Shown here in pieces: positions 39,140-53,369 of a DNA stretch of 64,000 nucleotides. Position numbers and translations under genes: made by a program. The notes below the pieces were generated by a model. The model was not told where the DNA came from. It searched no databases and was given only the letters and a program-made list of their open reading frames with translations. Positions within the stretch are counted from its first letter, which is position 1. The number at the start of each line of letters is the position of its first letter. The stretch is from Octopus bimaculoides (lineage: Eukaryota): NCBI RefSeq assembly GCF_001194135.2, contig NC_068992.1, positions 60,660,082 to 60,724,081 of the forward strand, written 5' to 3'.

Positions 39140-39525
39140 TGTGCTCAACTAAATACTTATTTCATCGACCCCAAAAGGGATGAAAGACGACCTTGGCAGA
39201 ATTTGAGCTCAGAATGCGAAAACGGGCGATATACCGCAAAGCATTTTGCCTGGTACGCTAGCGATTCTGCCAGGTCGCCGCCTTAATTTTGCCTATACTA
39301 TTAGCACGATATAAGTCGATGAGCTGGCAGAATCGCTAACGCACGGGCAAAATGCTTCGGAGTATTTTGTCCAACTTTACATTCTGAGTTCAAATCCCGT
39401 CGGTGTCGACCGTCTTCTTTTTATCCTTTCAGAGTCGATTAAATAAGTACCAGTTAAACACTGGGTCGATGTAACCGACTTACTCCTTTTCGCTAACTTG
39501 CTGGCATTGCGTCAAAGTTTGAAAA
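39140..39525. mobile_element. Head-to-head inverted SINE pair (- at 39140-39285, + at 39312-39525)
   Basis: Reverse complement of the left head taaggcggcgacctggcagaatcgctagcgtaccaggcaaaatgc matches the right head taagtcgatgagctggcagaatcgctaacgcacgggcaaaatgc. Confidence 0.85.
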
Positions 39526-40569
39526 CCAATAGAAACCTAACATTTTAGTGAAATATCTTACCTAAAGCTTCCTTATACATAAATGAAATGGTACACGATA
39601 GGTTTCAGCGACGCTTTCATGAATTTTAAAAATTCCATAATCGTTCAATATCAGCAAATATTTAAAGTAGAAAATAACAAAAGGAAGAATTGTTTGTTTT
39701 ACTGACTAAAGGCTTTGATGAAAGTGTTTACTCACCTCAGAAATATGCAGCTTCAAGTGGTTGAAGAAACTACATTCGATAAATCGAAGTAGGTCTCAAA
39801 CAGAAATGTTTCATAGACTGGAGGTTTTAACAAATCTGCCGCAATTTTTATTACCTTGTCTTTCTTTGTTCACCCCGTCTTTATCTTTTGACTTTCATCA
39901 CAAAATTTATTGTTGTATTGAGAGCAAAATATTCATAGCCATTATATATTGATGGCGAGCAAGAAAAAATGAACTTTGATCAACAATAAAAACACGAAGG
40001 TGTTTATTTTTTTCCCTTTGCCAATGTGAATTCAATGAATAAATTGAATAAATTCAGTGTTTTTCATTTTATTTTCAGTTTTCAGAATGTGCTACTTCAA
40101 AATCATCGACCGCATATTTATAAGAGAAATCGGCAAATTATGATGTCATAATATATCATAATATAAGTATATCGTCGTTTTCACAGGAAATATAGAGCAA
40201 AGAAAAATACCCAATATTTTACGCATCAATTTTCTGTGCTGAAAACTTATGATTTAAACGACGTCATAATAGAATATTTTTCACATTGTACAAAATGTCT
40301 TGTTTCATCTCTCTCTCTCGTGCTTCTTCCTCTCTAACACCCCCTCCCATTACTAACTTGTGTGTAATCCTACCCGAGGCATTGAACTACTTTCCACTCT
40401 ATTCTTTCTTCTCAGAACATCGACATTCTGAGGTCTTTTTCATCGATGAGTCATTCCTGCAAGTGTTGACCGCAAGATTTTAACCGAATGGACATGAGGA
40501 GATCATGTATTCGGCATACCGATTTTAGAACCACAATCTAGAGAAAAAAAAAGCTAAAATACGATCATG

Positions 40570-40870
40570 TACGCGGATAAAATTTCAGGAAAAAAAACAC
40601 CTCTATGCGATCACAAATATCCAGAGCATGTCTAAACCAAAGTCTAGTAAAGGACTGTGAAAGATGAATAGAAATTGATGCAAAACAAACAAATCAAAAT
40701 GACCACTTGTTTTCAAGGAAGCTTAGAACTACGGAATCTGAGGCTGAACTGATTGACGGTTATAAAGAATACTGAGAATTAAGATAGGTTGTGAAAATTT
40801 TAAAGACGAAGCTTGCAAAACAGTATCAAATGCCATCGGCAAGAAACTATAGAAAACATTTAATGAAAGA
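40570..40870 (+). mobile_element. Highly decayed R4-like retrotransposon fragment
   Basis: Scattered peptide remnants EIDAKQTNQ, LRTTESEAELI and CHRQETIENI occur in the order expected upstream of and within the CCHC knuckle. Confidence 0.3.
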
Positions 40871-41419
40871 AAATACTGTAAATAATTGAAGAATATCTTG
40901 AGTTTGGATAAAAACTAGTTATTATATCGTCTCTGTGTGTCTAGCTTTAAACAAGGGAATGCTGTCATCCACAAGTATGACAGCATTGGATACATCTAGA
41001 AGTATAACAGCGTTGAATATATTCAGAAGCATACAACTGAAAAAGACGTGATATAAACTTACACCAGAAAAATATCCAGGGAATGAACTAATCGATAAAA
41101 AACAGGGAAATCGAAGGTAATCAATCGAATATATTCGCAATGTCTTGTGAGAAAAGATGAGCCTCCAAATCTAAATATCAATCGAAAAAACAATGGGAGA
41201 CATGCAAAAGACATTATGAACTCATAAATATCAGGGAGTAAAGATAATTACAAAACCAGAATTTTAAAATATTTCTAAATTACAGAAAATACCATAAGAT
41301 ACTACTCGCAAACACATACGGAACTTTTTGTTACATTTAATATAACACATACCGAAGTTACATATACCTGCGATGTGTTGTGTAACGAAAGAAAGCAAAC
41401 TGAAAGTGCTGGAATACAA

Positions 41420-41620
41420 CGTTAGTAATAGAAACATCCTTAGCAGTTGGTTGAGAAATTGAATCTAAAGGAGTTTTGTATTGTGGCTTAGGCCCAAAGC
41501 CTTCTCTTGAGAATCTACGAAGTAGGATGAAGTAGAATTTTTTAAAAAAAACATCATCTGCAGAATATGCGGTTGCTATGAAGTAACAATCAACTTCATT
41601 GTTATATGACGTAATGTGTG
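41420..41620 (+). mobile_element. Decayed R4/Dong-like retrotransposon zinc-knuckle region
   Basis: FCIVA*AQSL followed by ICRICGCYEVTINFIV, matching the (A)AQDQ(S/T)L...CRIC...ET..H pattern seen at 54070-54190. Confidence 0.55.
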
Positions 41621-41861
41621 GTGAAATATGTTATGTAATGGAATATATGACGCTTATGTTTATTCATAATATTCAATCGATTTATCAGTTCTCTATTATG
41701 TTCCATTTCATGTTCTTTAGGCCATGACTGGTACAGAAAAAAATGTTCGTGGCATTTACATTCTTGCTATTCAAATGAGGTTTTCGAATTCTTTATATTT
41801 TATTTTAAAATTCTTTCAGAATTCTCACTCCTCATTGTTGTAGCTTTCAATTACACATGCA

Positions 41862-41943
<82 letters not shown>

Positions 41944-42734
41944 GTAATTTTCAGCCATGTTAAATTATTACTCGAGCCTTAATTATTTAGCTCTTTTACT
42001 AATTTGTCTCTGTGGCATTGCAAATTATCCGTTTGATTGATCTGACTTCCTTGCTGTATTATTACATTTTTCCATTCCTTCGGGTAAAATGACATTTCAA
42101 CGACCTCACTAAATTGTTTGTGAATATTGTATAGACAAGATGTCGACTACCTGCTTCATAAAATTTTGAGTCTAGAGCAATGAAAAGAAGACCCTGGAAG
42201 AAACTGGCTCTCAACACTCCCTATATTGTTTCACAAATTGGTTTGCATTTCGGTAGATAGCCAGCTAACGAATAATAGGTTTGATTACACAGGGTAGCCA
42301 GAAGTATTACTACCTTAAAATATTCCATTGGATACTTTATGAAGGTAAAATGTTCCGCCGATCATTGTACTGGATATAACAACATATGTTCGTGCTTTTT
42401 AGTTGATTTAAAACAGGTTAATTTATGTTTGCATCGTGACATTTCTGAATTTCGAACATTGTCATGAAACAAGCATACAACTATTGAATAAAAGGCTTTG
42501 TAATTTAATCAATGAAAATCCTTGGAATCGTTTTTTTTTTTATCTCATATAATTTACCATTATTATCGTGATAGTACTATCGTGATAACTATTATAAATC
42601 GCGTCAATAGCTCTAAAAGTATTTTTACATCGCCATTTATATGTCATACTTTATGTAAATACATCGTTTAAAGAGAATTTATTGTGGTAGTTGTCCGGAA
42701 ATACATTTGTTATGGACATATTTAAGAAAACTGT

Positions 42735-42945
42735 ATATATAAGCTCCTGGCTTTGGCTAAAAGAAAATACAAGAGGATCAGTTAATTATGATTTAATTCA
42801 ACAAATTGCACTCTCAGATTCACACATTTATTGCAGCGTTCCTTCGGGTTTCCTAAGCCCTGTGAAAAACACTAGGAAGGTTGGTCTTCCAACCAACCCT
42901 TTCACGATACCCTTAAATCTAAGAACTTTTCGCACCCCTCGCATG
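42735..42945 (-). mobile_element. Mariner-derived MITE
   Basis: Minus strand begins gcgaggggtgcgaaaagttcttagatttaaggg (mariner-type TIR) and ends ...ttttcttttagccaaagccaggagcttat, homologous to 730-892. Confidence 0.7.
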
Positions 42946-42971
42946 TGTGTGTGTGTGTGTGTCTGTGTGTG

Positions 42972-43027
<56 letters not shown>

Positions 43028-44776
43028 TGTATATATATATACAATCCACCTGGCGCGTGCATTCTATATTCTATTTCCCTACCAAGATATGGATTGGCTC
43101 GAGGCAATAGAAAATAATATTTTCTCAACATTCCACTTAGTAGGATTGAACCTAACACCTTAACCATTCGGACAAACTGTGCTTCCCCAGTGTAAAATAT
43201 ATAACATAGTATTGCTTAACATAATATTAAACAATAATACGTTATTGTTTACCTATGAATTCTTATTATAGCTTAACATAATGTTAAGCAATAATAATAT
43301 GTTATTGCTTACATGTAATCAAAAACAAAGTCGTGACCATGAGTATTATTTTAGATGTTTTGTATTATCCAGTGTCTCCATACAGTCTATAAGATGATAG
43401 AATGTGACTGAGATGGGGATTTGTCAACGATAACTAAGAGCTGAGTAACAACAATAAAAATGCAGAACCAGTTTTGTTCCAGCGCAAAACTACAAATGCA
43501 TAAATACATGTGTTAGCATATATGTGCTATGAAAATTAATGAATTCTTACTTTTATGAGGTTATAAGTATGTGTCACATATATAACTACTGTTTTAGAAT
43601 GGTGTCTTAAATGGCTGTTTTAAGTCCCCTTTTCTCTCATTTTTTTTTCTTTCTACTCTTAGAATAGCGACAGAAGACGTTTTCACATCAGAATGCAAGA
43701 GGAATTTTATCCCTTGGTAATGGGTTTCTCTCACTTGCTGTTTAGGGAGATCTTTGAAATTCACTTGTACAGCAACGTCGAGAGGCGCCAGTTTACATTT
43801 TCATGCATATCGTTACCGGAAATCGATTTTATTTCTTTGTTATACTGTATATATNNNNNNNNNNNNNNNNNNNNNNNNNNNNNNNNNNNNNNNNNNNNNN
43901 NNNNNNNNNNNNNNNNNNNNNNNNNNNNNNNNNNNNNNNNNNNNNNNNNNNNNNNNNNNNNNNNNNNNNNNNNNNNNNNNNNNNNNNNNNNNNNNNNNNN
44001 NNNNNNNNNNNNNNNNNNNNNNNNNNNNNNNNNNNNNNNNNNNNNNNNNNNNNNNNNNNNNNNNNNNNNNNNNNNNNNNNNNNNNNNNNNNNNNNNNNNN
44101 NNNNNNNNNNNNNNNNNNNNNNNNNNNNNNNNNNNNNNNNNNNNNNNNNNNNNNNNNNNNNNNNNNNNNNNNNNNNNNNNNNNNNNNNNNNNNNNNNNNN
44201 NNNNNNNNNNNNNNNNNNNNNNNNNNNNNNNNNNNNNNNNNNNNNNNNNNNNNNNNNNNNNNNNNNNNNNNNNNNNNNNNNNNNNNNNNNNNNNNNNNNN
44301 NNNNNNNNNNNNNNNNNNNNNNNNNNNNNNNNNNNNNNNNNNNNNNNNNNNNNNNNNNNNNNNNNNNNNNNNNNNNNNNNNNNNNNNNNNNNNNNNNNNN
44401 NNNNNNNNNNNNNNNNNNNNNNNNNNNNNNNNNNNNNNNNNNNNNNNNNNNNNNNNNNNNNNNNNNNNNNNNNNNNNNNNNNNNNNNNNNNNNNNNNNNN
44501 NNNNNNNNNNNNNNNNNNNNNNNNNNNNNNNNNNNNNNNNNNNNNNNNNNNNNNNNNNNNNNNNNNNNNNNNNNNNNNNNNNNNNNNNNNNNNNNNNNNN
44601 NNNNNNNNNNNNNNNNNNNNNNNNNNNNNNNNNNNNNNNNNNNNNNNNNNNNNNNNNNNNNNNNNNNNNNNNNNNNNNNNNNNNNNNNNNNNNNNNNNNN
44701 NNNNNNNNNNNNNNNNNNNNNNNNNNNNNNNNNNNNNNNNNNNNNNNNNNNNNNNNNNNNNNNNNNNNNNNNNNNN

Positions 44777-44821
<45 letters not shown>

Positions 44822-44822
<1 letters not shown>

Positions 44823-45070
44823 GGGGATTGAACAAAATAATAGAAACACTTAGCTTCATATTATCATAATTTTGGAATATCTATAAAACCGTCAAAACCT
44901 TGTTTATTTTTATGTTTTTGGTTTTGTTATTAGTGTAGTTTAACATGTTTTGCTGAAATCACTGTTTCTTTTCAGATATCAACAGAAAAAGGTAATTAAA
45001 ATGACATCTACCGGAGTTTCAAAGAGGTCAAATTGTTGGTGCTCGTATGGTAGGCGCTAGCGTAACGAAC
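44822..45070 (+). mobile_element. Tc1 transposon 5' end
   Basis: After TA: cggggattgaacaaaataatagaaacac (Tc1-type TIR), then EFQRGQIVGARMVGASVT (Tc1 transposase N-terminal HTH). Confidence 0.8.
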
Positions 45071-45089
45071 ATTCATTACTTCTGTCTTT

Positions 45090-45300
45090 ATTCGGACTGT
45101 CTTTGCACAGGGGCCGTCCAGACTCCTGCCTTCGCCGTGAACGGGGATTAATCTCCTCTCTTCGCTTCCTTTGCAGCACCTCACGTCCTCTCTTTTATCT
45201 GACACCTACCTCACCTTGTCTCTTCATTGATACTCTCGCTCACCACTCTACACACACTACCACTGACCACTTCCCAGCATCCACACCACTCATCATCATC
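45090..45300 (+). mobile_element. Possible decayed Penelope-like fragment
   Basis: Pyrimidine-rich coding-like stretch (LRRERGLISSL, loosely like the PLE FRR.R.L..SL linker) running into CA-rich DNA, similar in texture to 2769-3080. Confidence 0.3.
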
Positions 45301-45509
45301 CACACACCCAAACAAAGTCTTCAAGAGCATGACGACATATACTACTTTATGAGCAGTCACATACACTGTTTAACTCATTACACGCACCACACACCATTAT
45401 GCACACCCCCACGCCCACACAAGCACATAATACTTGAACACAGGCCATATATACATACACACGCAACATGTATTAAAACACACAACATACTTTGACACAG
45501 ATAACTTTC

Positions 45510-45568
<59 letters not shown>

Positions 45569-46760
45569 NNNNNNNNNNNNNNNNNNNNNNNNNNNNNNNN
45601 NNNNNNNNNNNNNNNNNNNNNNNNATATAATATATATCCTGCACATGCACACTGTTTGGTCACAGACACACACACATGCACACGCCACCTGAAAAAGCAC
45701 ACCTCAACAGATACGCAGAACATACACACGTTACAGACGCATACCAACACATGCACAGACTCACACACGTCAGAGTCACTAGCCCCTATTCACACACACA
45801 CACACAAACTTACACATTCCCACACACCATTCTCACATACACACACACGTACCTTCTCTTGGATCACCAACACTTTATTACCTCCCTTTCTTTCAACCTT
45901 TTTTTTCTTTTTATTATCATCTCCCTTTCAAACTGTTTTTCAGATCATTCGCCATGCTGGACCGCTGAAATCTATATGTGTTTTTTTTTCCCCCTTTTCA
46001 TTCTCTCTTTACTTATTATCTCTTTAAAAACCGTAGGCTTGAGACGTAAAAGACTTTTTCATTTTCTCGAGCGTCAAACTAATACACTTGCTTGTTGTTC
46101 ACAAACCTGTCTTCGTCTTTTCTTTTTCTTTAAATTTGAACTATATGTATATACACACAGGGCTGTTACAACATATGTAACTTACATAAATAGCAGGTTA
46201 TTTCTATCGATAATGCCAGAAAAACTTGTCACATACTTTTAAATCCTCCATAAAATGCAGTTTACATAAATTATATACTATAAGCTCATGCAGTAGTCAA
46301 ATCCTCATTCCCTTTGATTTCTATGCCAGCTTAGAATAAACAAGTCATTTATTATAGCAGTGTGTTGGATACATATTTAAATAGTTTCCTTTAATGTCTT
46401 CGTGATTTTGCTATCACTCCAGGAAATTCCTGAGCAGTAGTAAGCTTTTAAATCAATTGTTGGCTTGGAATCATCGTGAATATTGTGTTTCCATAGTGAT
46501 TAAAGTGCTACAATATTTTAGTAGAGAAGCATACAAGAAATAACAGCAAGCCGTCATTAATCTGTTGATAGCAACAGTTGCTATGATTAAAATTTAGGCT
46601 GATTAGCATTGCTAAACTTTAGTGGCTTGGCTTCAGAATTATAATGACAACAATAATATAATCCTGCACCTTGCTGCTAGTAACGTTTTCGAGAAGACTA
46701 ACTGGCGCACATTTCTGCAGGAGTACACGCACAAACACACACACAAACAAACACGCGAGC

Positions 46761-46819
<59 letters not shown>

Positions 46820-48223
46820 NNNNNNNNNNNNNNNNNNNNNNNNNNNNNNNNNNNNNNNNNNNNNNNNNNNNNNNNNNNNNNNNNNNNNNNNNNNNNNNNN
46901 NNNNNNNNNNNNNNNNNNNNNNNNNNNNNNNNNNNNNNNNNNNNNNNNNNNNNNNNNNNNNNNNNNNNNNNNNNNNNNNNNNNNNNNNNNNNNNNNNNNN
47001 NNNNNNNNNNNNNNNNNNNNNNNNNNNNNNNNNNNNNNNNNNNNNNNNNNNNNNNNNNNNNNNNNNNNNNNNNNNNNNNNTATATATATATATATATATA
47101 TATATATAGGTATATATGTGTATATTTATATGTATGTGTGTATATATATATATGGTCATATATGTATATATATATGTGTGCGTGTGTGTTTATATATATA
47201 TGTTTGTGTGTGCATATATATGTGTGTGTATATATGTCTATACATAAATACATATACATTTATATATATACACATATATTATATATATATATATATATAT
47301 GTATAGTATGTATATATACAAAAGAATATGTATATAAATGCTTGCTAGTCATGCATGAACCATATACAGAGAACTTAATTTATTTAAACGAGGCTCCCAT
47401 CCACTAAGGTTCCTTGCACCTTATCTATCTCCTCATCTCATTATAAACTCTTCTCGCATTATGCAGCAATGAAGGCCGTAATGGCCCCCTTAGAATCTAT
47501 TCTGCATCACATATATTAGGGAAATGTCATCTACATAAATAGGATCAATGCTATGTTAACTGTGGCCTACCCAGTTTTTACTAACTACATTTACTAACTA
47601 CTGCATGGATGAACTAGAAATTAGAGAAATATAGATCACGAACAACTGGCTGTTACGTTGAGGAACTGTGCATAATTGTTAAATGCATTAAACATTTAAA
47701 TATATTAAGAGCTTTGGAAATCACGCAATGCTAAAATAGAATTACTAAAGTGGCGCATGAAGTAAAATGAAATTGTAGGATATTAATATCTAACTTGAGA
47801 ATAGGAAATACACATTAGAGCGCAATATGAATCTCCCTCTATCGATAGGTATGTGAATGTCGATAGTATATATCTCAATGAATAAGACTTCTGTAATTAA
47901 ATCTCTATTTACAAGCAAATATTTAATATCCGCGAGCATTGCACTTCACTTGGATGTATTAAACAAAATTTAATGAATAGTGAATATACTAACAATCTTA
48001 TAAACCGCACCATATACGATGCTAAGCTGAGAAAAATATTATCATTAATGGAAGGAGTGTCTAACTTGTTGCTGAAAGACGCAAGAACCAAGTTGCTCAC
48101 AATTTTTTCTTCCCTTGTTTTGAGTGTTTGAGTGTATTCCATTTAATCTGAAGTCTAATCATAGCCCTATTCAATAGGAGTAGAAAAAAAATAGAGGTAG
48201 ATCTAAACAATAATACAGCTTGA

Positions 48224-48500
48224 CGACGATGACGCAGACGATGACGATGGTGATGATGATGACAACTACGACGACAAGGATGATAATAATCATCATCGTC
48301 ATCATCATCATCATGACGTAAACGACCTTAACGATGATGATAACGAGGATGATGATGACGGCAACGAAAGTGATCATGAAGATGATGATGATGATCATGA
48401 CGACAAAGTTGATGATAATGATGACGATGACGGTGATAGTGATGATGGCGATGATGGCGGTGATGGTGGTGGTGGTAGTGATCGTGATGATGAGGATGAT
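48224..48500. repeat. Degenerate (GAT/GAC)n trinucleotide repeat
   Basis: Direct reading. Explains the Ile-, Met- and Asp-rich ORFs. Confidence 0.9.
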
Positions 48501-49199
48501 CCAGGTCAAACCTAAACCAGGATACTTTTGATGCAATAGACCTTTCAATCGTATTTTTTTTTCAACAGATACAGCGAAGCTAAAGACACAAACCATTCAA
48601 GAAAATTACTCAGGGACGCCATTAGCAGTTAAGCAGTACCAAACGCTTAATACATGGCACATAAGAAATCCTGTTAGAAACATTAATGTTGTGAAGATAG
48701 AAAACATTAGCTCAACGACTAATATTGTTTTAACCGTTGTATTTAAGTCGACCTTCTCCTGTGTGTAGATATTTTTATCTTTATTACGATGGCATGGATA
48801 ATTGCTTATTTCCAATTTTTCAGCATCAGAACTAACAACAATAGCTGTAAATATGTTGATTAAAAAAACACACCAGGAGTTAGGCAGATAACATCGTTGT
48901 CTGCTCGAACTCGTGAGTCTGACAACTTCGAATGTTTCTGCTTCCTTAATCTTCGTCAGTGGTACTTGGTTATTATTTCTAAGATAGAAATACAATATAG
49001 AAACTTATTCGATGGTTCATTGAACACGTATGCGTTCACATTACTACGTATGCCGTTTTAGTGACTTAGACGTTCTAAGAGTTCCATAGTTATTTTTTGT
49101 GATATTATTTTCATAAAATCTAAGCGTTTCATTTAAAATTGAGTTCCCCGTCCCCGCTGTTCATTGATTATTTGGATTCGCATTTATAACTTATATCTA

Positions 49200-49261
<62 letters not shown>

Positions 49262-49436
49262 NNNNNNNNNNNNNNNNNNNNNNNNNNNNNNNNNNNNNNN
49301 NNNNNNNNNNNNNNNNNNNNNNNNNNNNNNNNNNNNNNNNNNNNNNNNNNNNNNNNNNNNNNNNNNNNNNNNNNNNNNNNNNNNNNNNNNNNNNNNNNNN
49401 NNNNNNNNNNNNNNNNNNNNNNNNNNNNNNNNNNNN

Positions 49437-49473
<37 letters not shown>

Positions 49474-50404
49474 ATATGTATATACATATATGTATGTATG
49501 TACATTTGATTTTCTTACTGCTGTTATGTTATTGATCATATATGATGTTAGTATGTGTTGGAGGGATTTTAATCTTTTTTTTCCTGTTCTTGTTGTTATT
49601 GTTGTTGATGGTGCTGCTGATTGTTGTACTTGTTGTTGTTCTTAATACTGTTCATTTTTTTTTAAACAGTCATGCTGAAAGACATTACAAAGGATAGAAG
49701 CTATTCTTTGCTGTTTGATGCGGTAGTCAATATATTCTGCAATCACATTATCTGGGCTAGTGTTTCAATGAGATTAGATGCTAATGTACTGTGTCTGTCT
49801 GCGGCAACGTTGTATATCACTCACTGATAACCTGTCCTGATCATACCAAACCGTCCTTAATGTGCTGTAATTATAGCAAGGACATCATTGCTTATTCGTG
49901 TTCACTGGCCAATATCCAGCCTAAATATGCTGCAATTATCGCGAGCGCATTGATATTAATGCATTTATAGGCATGGACACATTCCAACTGATATAATGAG
50001 ATAATTTTGGCAAAGCAGGATAATATAGTTAATATTTATTCAAAAGAAGAACGGTCGGTGGCAGAACTTGGTAGAGCGCTAGTAAAACTGTCACTGAAGG
50101 TAGCTCTACTGCAGTATGTTACGAATATCAGTCCTTCCATAATTAGTTCAACTTGTCATCTTGCTGGGCTCAGTAACATAAAATACCTGTTAAACATTAG
50201 GCTCAATTTAATTTATCATGCTTTTCACTGAAATTTGTTGCTTATCCCTTGTTAGCCTTTAGCATTTACTAAGGAGATGGATAGGGATGTGCGGATTGGA
50301 TTTCGGGTTTAACCAAGAGATACACAAGTTCGTTTAAATTCGTGTTTTTATATATTTTTCTGTTTGACTCCTATCGTAAAATATCACCATCTAACTACAT
50401 CGCT

Positions 50405-50603
50405 TATCTGTTACTTCTTTCAGCCATTGAAGTGCAGCCATGTTTCTTTCAGAATCAAAACCTAAAGCTTTGGTCGGCTCGGGGCTATAGGAGAAGACAC
50501 CCAAAGTGCTATGTAGTAGGACTGAACTCAGTGCCAGGTCGTTAGGAAGGAAGTAGCAGTAGTGTTGATGGTAGTAATAGTAATAGTAGTGTTGATGGTG
50601 GTT

Positions 50604-50666
<63 letters not shown>

Positions 50667-50680
50667 ATAGTGGTGGTGGC
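50405..50680. repeat. Minus-strand tRNA-SINE fragment followed by (AGT)n
   Basis: ctataggagaagacacccaaagtgctatgtagtaggactgaactc matches the head of the 25312 SINE. (agt)n at about 50605-50658. Confidence 0.7.
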
Positions 50681-52724
50681 AGTATTTTATCAGTCAAATG
50701 TCTAAGTTGTTAGAGCAAATCTAAGATGAAAGACATTCCAAACGTGACAAACCCCATCTACATCATTTTAGACCATATGGCATAATATGATATTTTATTA
50801 GACGTACGGTAAGATATGACTTGATGCAAATTTAGCTATTATTCATGTCAAGTGAAGAGACCACGTATATCGTGTAATAGTTGTTCAGTATATTTTTGTA
50901 GTATAGTCCTGATCAAGACTTAACGAATAGACGACCGACAATCAAAGGTATTCTTGAAATTACTGGAGGTATGTCTGAGGGGACATTAAGCCAATGTGTT
51001 ATTTCTTAGATTTATGATATTAGGATATGATTTTAGAAAGATGTGGTTATTGTTTCTAGCAGGGGTAACTTCCAATGGAAAGTATTTCGTAAGCATTATG
51101 TATGAAGTGGATATTGTTTGGCCCTGATCGCACACTTCTATGTTCAAAGATACCCTAAGCATTCGCATCCGATCTGTTGTGAGTATATATCAGGACGCGT
51201 TACCCAATGCATATTTTTCCTTACTAATTGGAACCACTCACTCGTGAGTAATGTGAAATTTCAGAAATACGACAGAGATCTGACGGAGATGAGAAAACTA
51301 TACGTCAGCAACGTTATATTTCCGGCGTATTCCACAAGTTCATGATATATATCTATTCGGTACACATCTATTTTTAATAGCGTAAGGGTTCTTGAGGGCT
51401 ATTTATGGTCATAGTTATATTTTCTGCATCTGTAGATCTAGATCTATATTAGATTTAATTCTAATATCAACGGACCCATCCGAATCACAAGACTTTTTAA
51501 TACGGATCTAGGTTTGTACCAAGAGCAATTTCATATTTTTGCGTATGCTCTTGGTAAGAGTACTGATTTTCTTTTCTTTCTTTTTTCATATAATTGTGTT
51601 GTTACTTTCCAATAATTTATACATCAAAAATATTAAAAGAATTTAGTTTGTGACGATTTACTAAACTATGTGAAAATGTGTTTATTGAAATCTATTACGA
51701 ATAAGCCACTTAGATTTTTTTTGCGCTGCAAGACCTTCTAACAAAGCTATGAAATCTACTCGGTTGTGACATCTTATTACAAAATATCCAAAAGAGAAGG
51801 ATAAGCACCTTGAAGTTTTTTGCAAGAACTCTTAGAGATTTTTGAAATCCTTTAGCGTTATACAAGAAACAAAAGCCAAAGAACAAAAATTCATTAACTG
51901 TAGTTTATCGTATATCATAATTTACTGCAAGTTGTGGTAAAAGTCATAATTTGGATAATACTTTCTATCAAAGAATTTATCATAATTGTTATGCACAAAG
52001 ATCCAAATGTTATAAAAGCATTAATCCTTCGAAATAACATAGTAAAGTGACACATTGATGAAATATTGGTTGGAAATAAGCTTACGGTTTTCTTCATATC
52101 TCACCGATTTCTGCGTAGGTTGATGAGATATTCATTGTAGATAATAATACTCTATTAATAACACATGTTCAGTGTTTTAATGAAAACAGTTCTTTGAAAG
52201 AAGAAATGATATTCGCTTTAACTCTTATAAACAGGTACGAAAGGATTATTATTTTCTGCTGTGAAATCATATTTTGCAAAACATGATATACTCTTGAACA
52301 ATACTGTTGTTAGATAGAGTGGCATCAATAGTTCATACGCTAATGAAGCAGCGTCAGTAATGCATGTGTTAATGAAACGCTATTAATGACAAGTCGGTAT
52401 CAAAGTTTTTGTCGTGTATTTATAGTAAGAACTCCCCAGTGTTTCATGCTTTCTTTATCTTGTACGAAATCATCCAAGAAACATATTTTAGTAGAAGCCT
52501 TCATTCATTATCAAGTATAATAATTATGGCGATAAACAAAATCGAATCGAATGCTATAAATGGGAGAGATGTTTCGACTGTGTGTCAGGATCATAATGAA
52601 GAATTTAATACAGTGCAACTACAAATATGTTTGCTGACTCTCAAAAGGTGCATCTTTGAAACATTTTGTCAAATTACGAGCATACCGTAGTGTCATATAA
52701 TCGTTTCTGAAACAGGTACAAGGC

Positions 52725-52918
52725 AAGAAATTTGAAACAAGAGTTTAGCCGATTAAATATAATGCAGTGCAAGTACGGTGCTTTATTTTATCTTTCAAGG
52801 AAGGCTGAAAAGCAAACTTGACCTCAGCGGATTTTGAGCTGAGGACGTAAAGACTCGGAAGAAATAACGTAAAATATTTCTATTAACACGCCAATCATTC
52901 TGCCAACCCAACGTCCTA
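52725..52918 (-). mobile_element. Octopus-type SINE
   Basis: aaagcaaacttgacctcagcggattttgagctgaggacgtaaagac...cattctgccaac. Confidence 0.75.
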
Positions 52919-52934
52919 AATAGTAGTAGTAGAT

Positions 52935-53310
52935 AAAGAGAATAGAAAGTGCTAGATAATTGACTTTACAGTCCCAAATGATGAAAAAATTAATATGCGT
53001 GGTATAGAAAAAATAGCAAAGTACCAGGACCTAGCCATTGAATTACAGAGAGTATGGAAAACGCGGGTAAAATGTATTCCGGTAGATATAGGTGCATTAG
53101 GAACTATCCCTAAAAATCTGAACAGATGGATAGAGGAAACAGGCATAAAACCAGGTTTAGTACAGCTCCAGAAAACAGTTTTGTTAGGGACAGCTAGGAT
53201 ACTTAATGGGGTTCTTGGCATCTAAGGTTACTTGCTGTAACCCTATAGGAGGGTTACGTTTAAGGCTACTTGTTATAGCTTGATCTTAGGATTCTTTTTT
53301 TTCCAACAGT
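52935..53310 (+). mobile_element. 3' end of an R4/Dong-like non-LTR retrotransposon (RLE domain plus 3' UTR)
   Basis: IIDFTVPNDEKINMRGIEKIAKYQDLAIELQRVWKTRVKCIPVDIGALGTIPKNL...LQKTVLLGTARIL. Contains the RLE D..(K)..KY and IGALG motifs. Confidence 0.9.
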
Positions 53311-53369
53311 CTATCTTTTGAGAGTATATGAAAATAACAATAATAATAATGATGAAGGCAATTCACCTC

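Noticed and set aside
47465-47500. aatgaaggccgtaatggcc, resembling a hammerhead stem II
   Set aside because: Lacks both CUGA and GAAA. Other ctgatga hits (6280 minus, 8459, 19403, 29618, 55245) lack proper stems.
48606-48995. 129-aa minus-strand ORF with a hydrophobic C-terminal stretch and strong acceptors
   Set aside because: No recognisable family, several competing acceptors, and the length is within chance expectation.
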